NCBI RefSeq assembly: GCF_036365525.1
Contig: NC_090411.1
Location: 32,070,432-32,134,431, forward strand
Reading direction: 5' to 3'
DNA from: Heterodontus francisci
Lineage: Eukaryota
Length of the DNA: 64,000 nucleotides
Shown: positions 40,301-59,510 of the stretch, in pieces
Position numbering within the stretch: the stretch's first letter is position 1
How the letters are laid out: every line of letters begins with the position of its first letter
Translations under genes and position numbers: made by a program
Notes under the pieces: model-generated
Databases searched by the model: none
What the model was told of the DNA's origin: nothing
The model's input: only the letters and a program-made list of their open reading frames with translations

Positions 40301-40476
40301 ATCTGTTTGGCATTTTCTGTTTCATCTAGTTGTGTGACTTCCTGGAGACTCACTACTTGGATGAGCAAGTGAAGATGATCAAGAAGCTTGGAGATCACAT
40401 CACCAACCTGAAGAGACTGGGTGCCCCTGACAATGGCATGGGAGTGTACCTGTTTGACAAGCACACGCTGAGTTGA
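37326..40476 (+). CDS. fth1: Ferritin copy 7 (B-type), 173 aa
   Basis: Exons 37326-37427, 39154-39300, 39835-39960, 40330-40476; GMGVYLF variant; CR1 insertion in intron 1. Confidence 0.94.
37991..38848 (+). mobile_element. Younger 5'-truncated CR1 (HER1-like) LINE in intron 1 of copy 7
   Basis: [36 protein letters not shown] and RDLGV remnants, with 3' end GGGCCTGTTTCTGTGCTGTATGACTCT. Absent at the equivalent site in copies 2 and 9. Confidence 0.85.
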
Positions 40477-43400
40477 TTGGGGTTCTTGAAACATTCATTC
40501 TCCACATGGTGGAAATAAAATGTGATTCAATTCTGGTTATTATGTAGTTCTCTCATTTCTTGCTGTATATTGAAATAAAAGTATTTATCATAGACTGATT
40601 TTTTTTTTTCCTCTCTTTTGATAAGTAACTCATTTCATTATTCTGATCAGCAAGATACTGAGCTGTGTAATAGTTGATTCTATTGAATCTTTAACATGCT
40701 GGTTAAGTTTTGCCCTCCTACATCTAGCTTCCTAAACTTGATTCAATGACTGCCTAGGGTAGTTTGCTCACATCTTCCATTTGTCACTGAGAAACTTGTA
40801 GGGGATATGTGAAATATGTAATTTTGATGCAATGTCATGCAATTGTGGGACATGAGGAAGGGATGCTGAAGTAGTGCCTTTGCTTGCCTTTTGTTTTCAC
40901 CCCTCCTCTCAGTGGAAGAAATGCCAATGTGGAGAGATTTGATAGAGGTGTAAAGATGTTGACAGGTAGGCAAAGGAAGATCTGTTCCTGGTAGCTGATA
41001 GTACAAGTAGTTGGGAACACTGCTTAAGGGGTTTAGGCAAGAGTTGTAGGAGGATGTGAGGAGAATATTTCTTTGACACCACCAATGGTAATGACCTGGA
41101 ACTTGCTGCCTATGTAGCCAATAAATGATTTCAAAAGGAAATTGGATGAGCATTTGGAGGAAAAAATAACTTGCAGGTGCTAGAGCAGGAAAATGGGACT
41201 GAATGTATTATGCTAGTCACCAGATACTCCATGGGCCGAATGGCTTCCTATGTCAAAAATGACTCTGACTCTATTCATTGTAAAGCATTCACCATCTTAA
41301 TCTGCCTTTTGGCTGTGTTGCCATTTGTTCAACTGTTACTTGCACTCCTATTCACTAAAAGCCCTACTTACCAATGTCTGGGATAGTCAATGCAGAAATA
41401 TTTGGGTTAGGTAGTCACAACACTGTCTATTTCAGGTTAAAATTTTCCCTTGCAAAAGTAACAACACAGGACTTCATAACTCTTAAATTCCATGGGCTAG
41501 ACCTCCAATTTGCATTTCGATGGAGCAACAGAGTTCTGTTTGAAGCTCTCCACTTTTCATTTCTCCAACATGTCTGTTGGTTTGCAAATTCACGGCGTAA
41601 TGTCTTGGGCTGGACAATCTCTTTAAATCTATTGTGGTCATTGGTATCACAGATTCATTCTAGACCCATCAAGCGCAGTGTCATTTCTCCAAGAGATGGA
41701 TCCAATTGTGCTCAACACAAAATAAATTTCTATTTGCAGACTCCTGCGATTATGTTGACAAGCTCTGAATCGGAGAACAGATTCAATCAGATTCACTTTG
41801 AGAAAACACAAATAAGCCAACATCAAATACATCATTGACTAGATTCTACTGAAGAGATGAGGAAAAATAGAAGCACATGGAATTGGAGGAAACCTTGAGA
41901 TATGGTTGTGGAATTGGTTGGGAAGTAGGAAACAGAGAGTAGGGGTAATGGGTATGAACTCCAATTGGCAGGATATGACTAATCATCTCTCCCAGGGATC
42001 TGTACCAGGGTCTCAGTTTTTCATTACATTTATAAATGACATGAAGGAATCGAGAGCCATATATCCAAGTTTGCTAATGACACTAAGTTAAGTGGTATAG
42101 TAAGTAGAGTAAATTGGAGCAGAAAATTGAAAAGAGACATTGATAGATTAAGTGAGTAGCCAAAAATGTGATAGATGAATTTCAATGTGAGATAGAGTGA
42201 GGACAGAGAGAGATAAATCAGAGTATTTTCTAAATGGTGAGGAGCTAGGAACTGTGGAGGAGCAGAGAGAGTTAGGGGTCCGTGTACAGAAATTACTAAC
42301 AGCTAGTGGACAGGTACTTAAATGAATTAAAATGTTTAATAGACTGTTAGTCTTCATCTCAAGGGCGCGGGAATACAAAGGGGTAGAGGTTATGCTTTAT
42401 TTGTGTAAATCTCTGGTTAGATCACATCTGGAGTACTGTGTTCAGCTCTGATATATTGATCTTTGTGGGAGTGCAGCACAGATTCACCAGAATGATACCA
42501 GGGATAAAAGGGTTAAATTTCAAGGACAGTTTGCATTGACGACTCTTGTATTCCTCAAGTATAGAAGATTAAAGAATGATTATAATTGATGTGTTGAACA
42601 TGAATAATAGGTTTGATAGGTTATTGTTATGACGGTGCTGCAACATTTCTTGTTAGTTTTTTTTGGCAGACTCGTATTTTAGAATTATGGCCATTGTTTT
42701 ATTTTGGGAAAACTGAAAAGGATTCTATGGATGGTCGGGTTGGGCTCGGCTCCGTTCGGGTCGGGCTCGGGTCAGGTCGGGCGTGGGAAGAAAATGGAGG
42801 GATTCGGGCAGGATCAGGCTTGGGTCCGATGTGGTTCTGTTGGGTCCGCGTCGGGTTTTTTTTCATGACCTGAGCAGGCCTTTAGTGTGAGGGGCTAAGA
42901 TAAAAGGGAACTTTCATATTTCAATCTGTGTGATAATGCTTTGTTACTGGTTAAGTCTTGTTTTATAATAAACTGATAATTTTGTTGTTTATTAAAGAAA
43001 CCTGGTTGGTGTATTTTATTCTGGGATAAAAATAGAGTCTATGATTGACCGTATCGGTAACTGGGTAAACATTTAAATATATGTTGTGACCTGTGGAGAA
43101 GTGGAACTAGAAAAACAATGCACTCCTCCCACCTCGGTCAGAACAGTATATAGAGAAAAACTATTTTCTCTGTTGGGGCAGTCCAGGACAGTAGGTATAA
43201 TCTTAAAATTAGAGCCAGACCATTCAGGGGTGATGTCAGGAAGCATTTCTTACAAAACGGGAAATGGAAATCTGGAATTCTCTCCCCCAAAATATTGAGA
43301 TCAATTAAACATTTCAAAACTGAGACTGTTAGATTTTTGTTAGGTACAGGTATGAAACAATATGGAACCAATGCAAGCAAATGGCCTTAAGATGCAAACC

Positions 43401-43723
43401 ATGATCTAATTGAATGGTGGAACAGGCTTGAGGGGCTGATTGGCCTCCTCATATTCCTATGTTCCAATCACATTATAATCATCCAAACCTGCCTGTATTC
43501 CACAGCTCTCATTGTCTCTGGGTCCAACCCCACAGCCCGGCTACATTGTTAATTGGTGCCTGGATTCATGAGTGATTCCTGACTGGCTACCTGGAATTGT
43601 CAATCATCATTAATGATGTCGTTCCCCTATTTGAATGCAGGCTGTCCCAGCGGTATAAATACAAGAGATTGTGCAGGAAGCAGTTAGATTGTTGTTACTT
43701 AGCTTTTGCTAGTAGTAAAGATT

Positions 43724-45952
43724 ATGATGGCCTCTCAAGTGTGTCAGAATTACCACAAGGACTGTGAGGATGCTGTTAACAAGCAAATCAACCTGGAGCT
43801 CTATTCCTCCTATGTTTATCTTTCCATGGTGTGTATTGTTTTCTTGGGTCCTGTTTCAAAGTTAAGACTGGAATTTCAATGCATTTTGAGTAACTATAAT
43901 TTTTCTAGGTCAATCAATTGGGTTTATAGTCTATCTCTGTAGTTCTCCCTTGACTTAAATCAGTGAATACCCTTGAAACAGAGACACTATTCCTTGTTCT
44001 GTAATATGTACTCAATTTTGAAAGTAACTCCCATGTTCCATGAAGTTTCCAATCGAGGATTCATGTTGAAGATGTATAAACTTTGTCAACTTTTCCAACT
44101 TGAATGGCAACCATTAAGTTTAGTGACTAGTTTGGTGAAACGTTGACTAGTTCTGGCCTGTCTTTCCTCCTTTAGTAAATGAGTAAATCCTGTGTTGCTG
44201 AACTCTTTTGCATGAAGCAGTAATCTAAAAGTCTTATTCCACTGAATGAAACTTTTCAATCACTTGCATCTTCATTGGGGACAAAGTATATCCTGCTGAT
44301 AATTGTAGTTTAAATGCTGAAATGGAACTTTGATCCAAATAGTATTACTGCTTTTTGTTGTGTTACAGGGAGGAGCATTTCAACATAGTTAGTGTTTTAT
44401 AGTATTAACTTGTAAAACCAAGCCCCTTAATTGAAAGCAAATTCTTTTGAGATCAAGAATGGATGATTTATTTACCATGATGTTGCTACCATTTTTGATG
44501 ATCCTATAAATCAGATTTGGGTCTGATATATCTTCCCTTTACATTTTGCTTTTACCTGCAGTCCTATTACTTTGACCGGGATGATGTTGCCCTGCGTCAC
44601 TTTGCTGAGTTCTTCAAGGAGCAGTCACATGAGGAACGGGAGCACGCTGAGAAACTGATGAAATTCCAGCATAAACGTGGAGGTCGTATCATCTTGGAGG
44701 ATATCAAGGTTGTGTTCTTAAAGGAGTCTATGATCTAACTTTGATACTTTCAGCGAATGTTCCTTATTCTAATAACTTCAGTTCTCGACCTAGAGATTAA
44801 TGAGTAAAATTCCTAATGTTGATGACTTGGTATGACTGGCTGATCTTTCTCTCCTATAGATATCAAGTCAATAAATAAATATTCAGATGGAACAATTTCT
44901 GTACTGTAAACTATTGGCTCAAACATATGGTGCTTAACTAGGTAACAGTCTGGAGAATGTGGGCCACAGCTGTAGACTTTCCATGGATGGAGGATTTTGA
45001 GAGGAAATTGGAACATATTTGGGGTAATTGGGATTGGAGCATCTGCCAAAATGGCAGAGCAATGAACTGATCATGTCCTGTAATGGTCTGTCATCCCAGT
45101 TGTTAAACCACATCCCTCACAATGCTACTTCATAGTATTGGGGTGCACAGATTATCTTTGTTGCTAACCCTGTTGACCTTGAACATAACATCCCTTGGAC
45201 TTTGCGCTCCCACTAAAAAGACTACTATTCTGTTCCAGAAGCCAGAGCAGGATGAGTGGAGCAATGGTCTGGAGGCAATGCAGAGAGCTCTGCAGATGGA
45301 GAAGGATGTGAACCAGAGTCTGCTGGATCTGCACAAACTCTCCACTGGCAACACTGACCCTCATGTAAGTTAATATTGGAATGAGTTTTCAGGTTTGAAG
45401 GTGATCATTAGAAACTACCCTTAACTTTGGTAGAACTCCATATGTTTCTTGGGTTTTTAAAAAAAAAAAGCCATTCACACTGTTGATCTGGATCACTAAA
45501 CTATTCACAAGGTACTTGGTTTCTCTGGCATCAATCTTTTGCATTTGTTCTGTGTAATGGAATTGACTTGCCACATGTGGGTAAATTTTGGTCTTGTCTG
45601 GCTAAACATATCCACAGGATCAGCATGATTTCCTTCTGTGCTGACATCTTGGCCTGCTGCCTGTGCTTGTTCTCTAGAGCAAGTCTCACTCCCATGTACA
45701 GTCCTTTCACCATTATCCCAGTGCAAATAACATTCTTATCCAATGAAGATTATTGCTTTTTTTTTAAAGCTAACTCTACTCTGCTAATTTCTCTTTATGT
45801 TCTAGTTGTGTGACTTCCTGGAGACTCACTACTTGGATGAGCAAGTGAAGATGATCAAGAAGCTTGGAGATCACATCACCAACCTGAAGAGACTGGGAGC
45901 TCCTAACAATGGCATGGGAGAGTACCTGTTTGACAAGCACACACTGAGTTGA
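43724..45952 (+). CDS. fth1: Ferritin copy 8 (A-like), 174 aa
   Basis: Exons 43724-43828, 44562-44708, 45239-45364, 45806-45952; FQHKRGG and APNNG variants; canonical TATAAATA at 43654. Confidence 0.94.
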
Positions 45953-48167
45953 TTGGGGTTCTACAACTATTAATTCTATACTTGCTGAATGCTTTCTAGT
46001 TAATTCCCAGTTTTCTCATCTCTTGCTGTATATGAAAATAAAAGTATTCATCATGGAACTGGTCTTTGTATAATTCAGTAGCTGATTTGATTATTCAGAT
46101 TATTATGCGGAGCTACCAATGATTCCATTTAAACCCCTTTTCCTTCTCCTTGGTTCAATGCCTGCCTCGGATAATTTACTCACATCTCCCAATTTTCATT
46201 GCGAAGTTTGTAGAGGATATCTGAAATATGCATTTTCTGCTACAGCAGTGTTCTTGCTGCTGTAGGTGAAATATTATGAACTTGTGGAATATTGAGAAAG
46301 GACACTGCATTAGTACCTACGTGTGACCTTTTTGTCCACTTATTATCGCCAAGGGTTAACCTGCCATTTGTTCAACTAATATCTGTACCCCTATTCACCA
46401 AAGGGGTATGTTTACCAATGTTTGGGCTGAGTCCATGGAGATACTTCAGTCACTTACTGAAAGTAAGAAGCACCCACTAATTGAGCTTATCAATCTTCCC
46501 TCACCGTAGACATGAGCTTTGTAAAAGGTGCACCATGACTTTATAGGTCGTAAATTCCATGGGGATTGTGCTCCATATCACACTGTAGAGATGGAGCAAC
46601 AGTGTTCACTTTAAAGCTTCTCTATTTTCCCCAGTTTGCTGGCTGGTTTGCAGAGTCAGTGTGGATCACTTTCCATCTATTGTGATGAAGATTGGTATCC
46701 CTGACTTGTTCTAGACCCACACATGGGTACATCAATTCTCCAAGCCATATTAATTTGGATCCAATTCCACTCAATGCAAAGTGGAATTTCCATTTGCATA
46801 CTCCTACAATTATGTTCAGAATTGCTGAATCTGAACAGTTTCAGTTTAAGGAAAGCTGACGTCAAATGCATCACAGACAAGGTTCAACACGAGAAAAAGA
46901 AAAATGGGAGGCTGTGGAATTGAAGGAAATCTTCAAATATGTTTGGAGATTTGGTTTTGAGGTAGGAGAGAGTGTAGGGATAATGGGTATGTACTCCAAG
47001 CTTATGGCTTGTCATCCATTCTAGGGATCTATACTGGGGCCTCAGCTTTTCATTATATTTATGAATGATAATGAAGGAATAGAGTGCAGAATATCCAAGT
47101 TATGTTAGGTAGCACACTCAATAGTGTAAATTGGAGCAGAAACTTGCAAAGGGACAATGCTAGATTAAGTGAGTGAGAAAAATTTTGATTGATTGAGTTT
47201 AATGTGAAGACCAAGAAAGATAAATCAGATGTTTTCTGGATAGTGAGGAGTTCAGAACTGTGAAGGAGCAGCAGTGAGATTGAAGGTTCCATGTACAGAA
47301 ATTATTAAAAACCAGTGGACAGAGACAAAAAAAATTGAAAAAGCAAATACAATGTTAGTCTCTCAAGAGGGCTGTAAATCAAAGTGGTGGAGGTTATGTT
47401 ACAGTTGTATAAAGCTTGGGGTTAACCACATCTGAAGTACTGTGTTCATTTAGATCTATTGGCCTTGGTGGGGGCACAGCACTGATTCACCAGAATGATA
47501 CCAGGGCTAAATGACTTAAATTATAAGGTCACTTTGCACAGTCTGTATTCCCTGGAGTATTGAAGATTAAGGGATGATTATAATTGAGGTGTTGAAGATA
47601 ATTAATGGGTTTAATAACGTAGATAGAAACTATTTCCTCTGGAACAGATTCAGATTAGGCAATTCAGGGATGATATTAGGAAGCATTTCTTCACAACAAG
47701 GAATATTGAAATCTGGAACTCCTTTCCCCAAAATGGATCAAGTCAACATTTCAAAATTGATGTTGTTAGGTTTTTGTGAGTTATGATCATGAAATCATAT
47801 TGAACCAAGGCAGGTAAATGGCATTAAGACACAGAGCAGCCATGATCTAATTGAATGGTGGAACAGACTTGAATTGGCCTCCTCCTGTTCCTTTGTTCCA
47901 ATCACAGAATAATCTTGTAAACCAACCTGCATTCCACATCCCTGATTGGCTCTGGGTATCTCACCTCACCCACTGCTCCTTAATTGGTGCCTCGAGGCAT
48001 GGAAGATTCCTGACTGGCTATCAGGGATTGTCAATCATCATTGGTGATGTCATTCCCTGTTTGAATGCAGGCTGATCCAGTTGCATAAATACAAGAGCTT
48101 GTGAGGGAAGTGGTTAGATTGCTGTTGTTGTGTTTGAATTTAACTTCTGTTAATAGTAGAAGTGAAG

Positions 48168-50467
<2,300 letters not shown>

Positions 50468-52099
50468 CTGAACTGACTGCAGGGATCAAACTTGTTGCAT
50501 TTACTGCTTGCTTATGTAATTGTGTGTGTGTGTGTGAGAGATCATCTTCCTCTAGGAAATAATGGCTTCTGACTTTCAAAGAACTCAAGACTATCTGATA
50601 TATAACTATAAATAAAATGTTCAATATTGAAATGAGTTTTGTTTCATTCATCAGGTGAATGCTTGATGTCAGCTGAATTCCACTGGTAACTTTATCTTGG
50701 ATTTCAGGCTTGTACTGTTTTCTGTTCCAACCTGGGATCTCTGTGGGGGCTTGGACATTTTCAGCCATATGCTAAATATCCAATTTCAAGTGGGAGCAAA
50801 TTTTTATTGCAACCAGCCATGACATGAACAACACTGACTTTTTAAAAATCTTTCTTACTATTTTTAAAAACTTGGCTGGATTGTTTATCAAAATTGACAT
50901 AAGACAGGTCCCCAAAAGCTTAGAAGTATCTTTTTTAGGGAGTAAACACTGGAGTTTAGGGGTCTAGGCAGCTAAATGCAAGGAACTGTGTCCTATGCAT
51001 GGTTCTTCTCTCTGCATCAATGGAACATCTGTTAACACCTCATACACTGAAATATCAGCGAATGTAACTTTGCATTAATTATTAGAGGATATTTTGCAGC
51101 AAATTTGTTTTATGATTTTAGACTTGGGATCGATCCTACTAATGCTGTGGGATGAGAAGTTTAGTATTCAAGTAAACTTCTACCAGTCCTAGTCTGAGTT
51201 CTTACTGTGGGTTACACCTGCTGTAGTTCACTCAGCTAGCTGCATACCTGCTGCGTCAGACTTCCTGGTAAGCTTTGGCTGTAATGCTCACAAGGGCAGA
51301 GTTCTGCAAATTCAAGTACTAAAGGGAATAACAATTGGGTGGTTGGGAAGTCAACCCGAAATGCCATAATTTCACTGGCCATGAGGAGGGGGGGTGAGGA
51401 GAAAGCCTAGATTCCTTGCTGGGAAAGGATTGAACTTAAGTCTGGAAATCAAAATTCTTGCATTTCTTACTCTATTCTCATTAGGTTCTTGACATCAATA
51501 GAAGCTTGGGTAGGGAACAGGAGAATGTGTGGAACTGTACTCTACTTTAATCCTTCTGGAAGGAGTGAACATATTTCATTAAATACACAAAGCAAATAAC
51601 TTCAAAGAATTAAAATGATATTTATCCTTTTATTGACCACCACACCCCAACCTCTTACATTTTCTCTTCAAGTTATAAGTCTAATACCAGCAGCTCCTCC
51701 ATACATATATCAATTTGTATTTAGGTACATTGTACATTTCATACCAAATAGGAATCATCCATTCCAAATCCTGTTAGATCTCCATTTGTCTCTTTTACCC
51801 CTATTAATAGATTCATATATTGATGCTGCAGCTGTAATTATCCCAATGTTTATAAGTTAAATTTAGGAACGCAGGTGAGAACTGCAGTGAGTGCAATCAA
51901 ATTGCAGTCTTCAATGTTCCCTATAAGCTGTGCAGCAATTGTCCGTGGGCCGTGCACAGAACAAATAAGTTGTGCCCAGGCAGTAGTCCCTTCAAGATGC
52001 ATGCATAGCTGCTTAGCAATGTTTAAGGGAATTGTAAGGAACGTTGGTCTTCAGTCATTCCACGTTAAAGTGGGCCTGTACTGTGTGCTGTGCTAAAGT

Positions 52100-52530
52100 C
52101 TTTGCCCCTATCACCCCTGTGCTCGCTGACCTACATTGGCTCCCAGTCAAGCATTATCTTGATTTTAAACTTCTCATTCTTGTTTTCATAGCCTCAAACC
52201 ACACCCCCCTCCCCCATTTCTGTAATTTCCTCCAGGCCCACAACACTCCAAGATTTTTGCCCTCCTCTAATTCTGCCCTATCGAGCATCCCTGATTCTAA
52301 TCACTTCAGCATTGGTGGCCGTGCCTTCAGTTCTCTAGGTCCCAGTGTCTGGAATATGCTCCCTATACCTCACCACCTCACTTTCCTCCTTAAAACCTAC
52401 CTCTTTGACTAATCTTTTGGTTATCTGACTTAATATCTCCTTATGTTGCTTGGCATTATACTTTGTTTTATAATGCTGCTGTGAAGCACCTTGGGACATA
52501 GTATTACATTAAAAGCACTATATAAATATA
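52100..52530 (+). mobile_element. L2-clade LINE 3' fragment
   Basis: PITPVLADLHWLPV..LDFKLLILVF...GGRAFS..GPSVWN..P...LKTYLF is the typical L2 ORF2 C-terminus. Confidence 0.75.
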
Positions 52531-52532
52531 AC

Positions 52533-52666
52533 ATAAAAGCAAAATATTGCAGATGCTGGAAATCTGAAATAAAAACAATAAATGCTGGAAATACTCAGCA
52601 TGTCTGGCAGCATCTATGGAGAGAGAAGCAGAGATAACGTTTCAGGTCAGTGACCCTTCTTCAGAA
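52533..52666 (-). mobile_element. Penelope terminal fragment with canonical hammerhead core
   Basis: Minus strand CTGAAGAAGGGTCACTGACCTGAAACGTT (52636-52664). A further decayed fragment lies at about 55363-55450. Confidence 0.7.
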
Positions 52667-53164
52667 TGTAACATATTGTTGTTATTTCCTTGAGCTTTTC
52701 ACATTGATCAACATCCCTACTCCCTATAGGTAGTGATACTGAATTTATAGTGGTCCTGTGGAAAGGATCAATCAATAGTTTCTTCAGAACCAGTAACCAC
52801 AGGCCTTATACAAAGTCTCTGCTGTTTACCTGGGAGGCCATTGAGTGACCATGTGATATCAGTTTGGTCAAAACCCTTTGCGACCACACCAGAACAGGGG
52901 TGAACACCCGGATGCATTTTCTGTTCAGGTGGGTCAACTGTGTCCATTGGTGGCATCTCTCCCAAGAGATTCTTGCCAGTAGCACGATTGGTGGCTCTGG
53001 ATGGGAATCACTGCCACCCTGTCTGGTCCATCTAAAACAGAGATTTAATCCAAGACAATGCATCTCATTACCTAATCTAGGACTGGACCACTTCTGTAAT
53101 GAAACCAGATGTCAACACATTGGATCTCAGAAAAACACCAATGTGAGGTAAAAGATCCAGAGGG

Positions 53165-53395
53165 AGAGATGAGACTTATTTCTCAAGTTGTTACAATCTG
53201 GAATGCACTGCCTGTAAGTGTGATTGAAGCAGTTACAATAAAAATTTTGAAGAGGGAGTTGGATTTAAACATTAAAAAATTGCAGGGATATGGGGAAAGA
53301 GCACAGAGTGGGACTAATTGGATAGTTCTTTCAAAGAGCTAGCACAGGTACAATGGGCTGAATGGACCTCTATGTGCTGTTTGACTCGATGATGA
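53165..53395 (+). mobile_element. CR1-type LINE 3' fragment
   Basis: WNALP..VIEA..I..LKRELD remnant and CR1-like tail GGGCTGAATGGACCTCTATGTGCTGT. Confidence 0.6.
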
Positions 53396-54102
53396 ACCAG
53401 AGAGTTAGAGAACATCTGAATCTCATTCAATCAGATTCAAATATTCTTTAGCTCATTGAAAGTTGACCATAAAAGGACTCATCTAATATACAGAATTATC
53501 AGGCAGGAAATGACCAGCTAGTCCATTAAGCCTGCCCCAAAACACACTACAGTAAATGGAGACGTGTCTGTGGGTGACACTGTATTCAGTAATGTTCACT
53601 CCCTCTCATTCTCACATTTCCATCTCTCTGTGCAATGGTTGGTTTGCAAATTCACTCAAGCCCACTTGATTGCTTTCAATATTACATCAGCTCCACAGTT
53701 CCTTGCAATTTACAAACTTGGTCAGATTATGAAAAGCCACTCCAGCAAAAGTAACAAATTATCATTTAACTCAAATGAGAGCATTAAACAACGAGACATT
53801 CTCAGATTTGAAGAAGGTCAAGGAATCCAAAAGCAGTGACATCATCGAGACTAATCTCCCAATCCTGTCTGCCATCCAAAGCTCTGATTGGCTCTGGGCA
53901 TCAACCCTTCCCCCACACCCCCTCTCTTTTTTTAATTGGTGCCTGGATTCATGGGAGATTCCTGATTGACAATCCCTGATAGCCAATCATCATTAGTGAT
54001 GTCATTCCCTACTTGTATGCAGGCTGGTCCAGTGGTATAAATACAAGAGCTTTGCTCAGTCCTGGAGCTTTCTTGGTGGTTCTGAGTATTTTGAGTCTAG
54101 AG

Positions 54103-54678
<576 letters not shown>

Positions 54679-57447
54679 ACTGACTGCAGGGAACAAGTTT
54701 TTTTGTTTGTAAAATTGTGTGCAAGACATTCCTTTTAGGGAATAATGGCTTGTGACTGCAAAATGTTGAGACCTTTTCTGTTGTGAAATATAACTGTAAA
54801 TTGCACCAGATTTTGTTTAAGATTAATGCCTGATGTAAACCACATTCAAGAATTATGCTGGGCTGCATGACAACTTAATCATGGGTTCAGTCCTGTGAAC
54901 TGTATTCTGTTCCTAGCTGGAATGCTGTATTGATTTGGAGGGTTTTGGGAGGGCCTAGCCATCTGTATATAAAACTAACTATTCATGCTGGTACTGAATC
55001 TCTAATGTCTCATATCAGTGGTTGTAGATTTGTTAAAATGCAGAGCATGTTGCCCAGTGACTTGATGTTGTACTAATTGAGTTAAAGCATCAAACTTGTT
55101 TCAGGCTGATACCTGTCCTGGGAAGAGCTGTTAATATCTTGTAAGCTTCAACCACTCCTACTTTGCCTTCCTGCTGGAGGATATACCTGTGGTTGCTCAC
55201 TCAGCCACAGCCATAACAGTTGCTTTAGACTTTTCTGGGATGCTTTGTAAGTATAATCATTCAGAGTGTGGGACTTTGTCTCCTCTTAGGCTGGTTTGGA
55301 CACGAGCATTACAGGAATAACAGAATACACTCAAAGCACCAAGTCAGATATTAAACTTTATTGAAATAAAAACAAGCACTGCTGGAAATGCTCAATAGGT
55401 CTGGCAGCATCTGTGGAGAGAGAGAGAAACAGAGTTAATGTTTCAGGTCAGCAATAAACACAAACATAAATAAATGTTAAACTTTATTGAGTTACTCCTG
55501 CTAGTTAACAATCACACATAGGCCAAAACACCCAACTACATCATTGATCTCTGGCTGAGAAGTTCAGTAATTTTCCATCATGTGAACAGCTGCACTAATT
55601 GAGGTTTGTGGATTTGTTGTAAGACACATCTGTTAAGCCAGCCACCCTACAGATAAAGGTGTTTTGCAGAAGTCAACAGATTAAGTTCAGTGTTATCTTA
55701 CTCTTTATAGGATTTTCTGTTGCTCATTAATTCCTTGAATTGGAATGGGCTTTGTTCTTTCCTGATAATGTTATCCAATCTTTGCTGTTCCTGCCACAGC
55801 TCAGCCAGCTGAATTTGAAAAACAAGGAATTCTCTTAACATCAATTCACTGGTTTTTTGTAGGGCATAACAGAGAATATAGGCAATCTTCAATATGGAGC
55901 TAAATTTTAGTAAAGCTATTTCTGTCTTACAAAATGTCAATGAGAAAATTTCCTGAATATAAAATACTAAAGGGAAGTACAATTGGGTGACTGGGAAATC
56001 AACCCGAAATAAGGTAATTGCCAGTGGCCTTATAAAGGAAAGAAACACAAACTTGTTTCCGAAAATCTTGCACTTGAAATCTCTCTATCTTGAATAATCT
56101 ATCTAGGCTCTTACACCCTACAATAAGAAATTGAGTAAGGCATTGACGGCAGAGAAGTACCCGTGGAACTGTGCTCCAATCTAATCCTTCTGGAAGGAGT
56201 GAATGTATTTCATTAAATGCACAAAGCAATTAACTTAAAACACAAAGTGAGTTAAACAGATATTTCACCTTCCACCACCCCTGCTCTAACAATTCCTCTG
56301 CCATCACTTTAGAAACCCCAAATCAGCAATTGCTCTATAAATGTATCAATTTGTCATGATGTGTTTCATACCAAATATTGGATCTTCATTTGTCTCCTTC
56401 ACTCCGATGGATGGATTCAAATGTTGATGCTGCAACTGTAATTATCCAATGTTTAACAGTTAATTTCAGAAGCTTAGTTGAGAACTGCTGTGAGTACAAT
56501 GACATTGCAGTCTTCAGTCATTCCATTGTGTGAAAATTCACATAACAAAGGATACTTCTCATCACATTGAACTTTCGTATTGATCAACATCCTTCCTATC
56601 TACAGGGAGTGATACTGAATTTAAAGAGAACCTATGGAAAAGATCAATCAGTAGTTCCCTCAGAACTGGTAACCACAGGCCTTAATCAAAGTCTCTGGCC
56701 TCCACATGGCTATTGAGGGACCATGTGATGTCCATCAATTTGGTCAAAACCCTTTGCAACCACAGGATATTCACTGCATCTTGGATCCTTTTTGACCAGA
56801 ACAGGTGTAAATACCTGGATACATTTTCTGTTCAGGTGGGTCAACTGTGCCCATTGGTGGCATCTCTCCCAAGAGGCTCATGGCTGTCGTGCGATTGGTG
56901 GCTCTGGATGTGAATCACTGTCACCCTGTCTGGCCCATCTAAAACAGAGATTTAATCCAAGACAACACATCTCATCAGCTAATCCAGACTGAACCACTTC
57001 TGCAATGAAACCAGATGTTAAGGCATTGGATCTCAGAGAAACACCAACGTGAGGCAAAAGAACCAGATTATGAAAAGCCACGTCAGGGAAAGAAACTAAT
57101 TATTATCACATAATTGATACTAAGCATTAAACAACGAGATATGTTCAGACTTGAAGGCCAATTAACCCAAAAGCAGTAATAACATTGAGGCTAATCTGCC
57201 AAAACCTCCTGTATTCCAAACCTCTGATTGACTCTGGGTCTCGCCCCCTCACCCAAACCCCCTCTCCATTGTTAATTGGCCCGGATTCATAGGAGATACC
57301 TGACTGGCTATCAGGGATGTCAATCATCGTTAGTGATGTCATTCCTGTTTGAATGCAGGCTGCTCCAGTGGTATAAATACAAGAGCCTGTATTAGAATGT
57401 GTTAGTATTCTTTAAGTGATAGTGAGTTTTAAAAAAAACAAGTAAAA

Positions 57448-59510
<2,063 letters not shown>

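Larger units (their letters stand above)
30474..43005 (+). repeat. Higher-order repeat unit 3 (copies 6-7)
   Basis: A+B gene pair collinear with 43006-50460 (unit 4, copies 8-9) and with the start of unit 1. Confidence 0.82.
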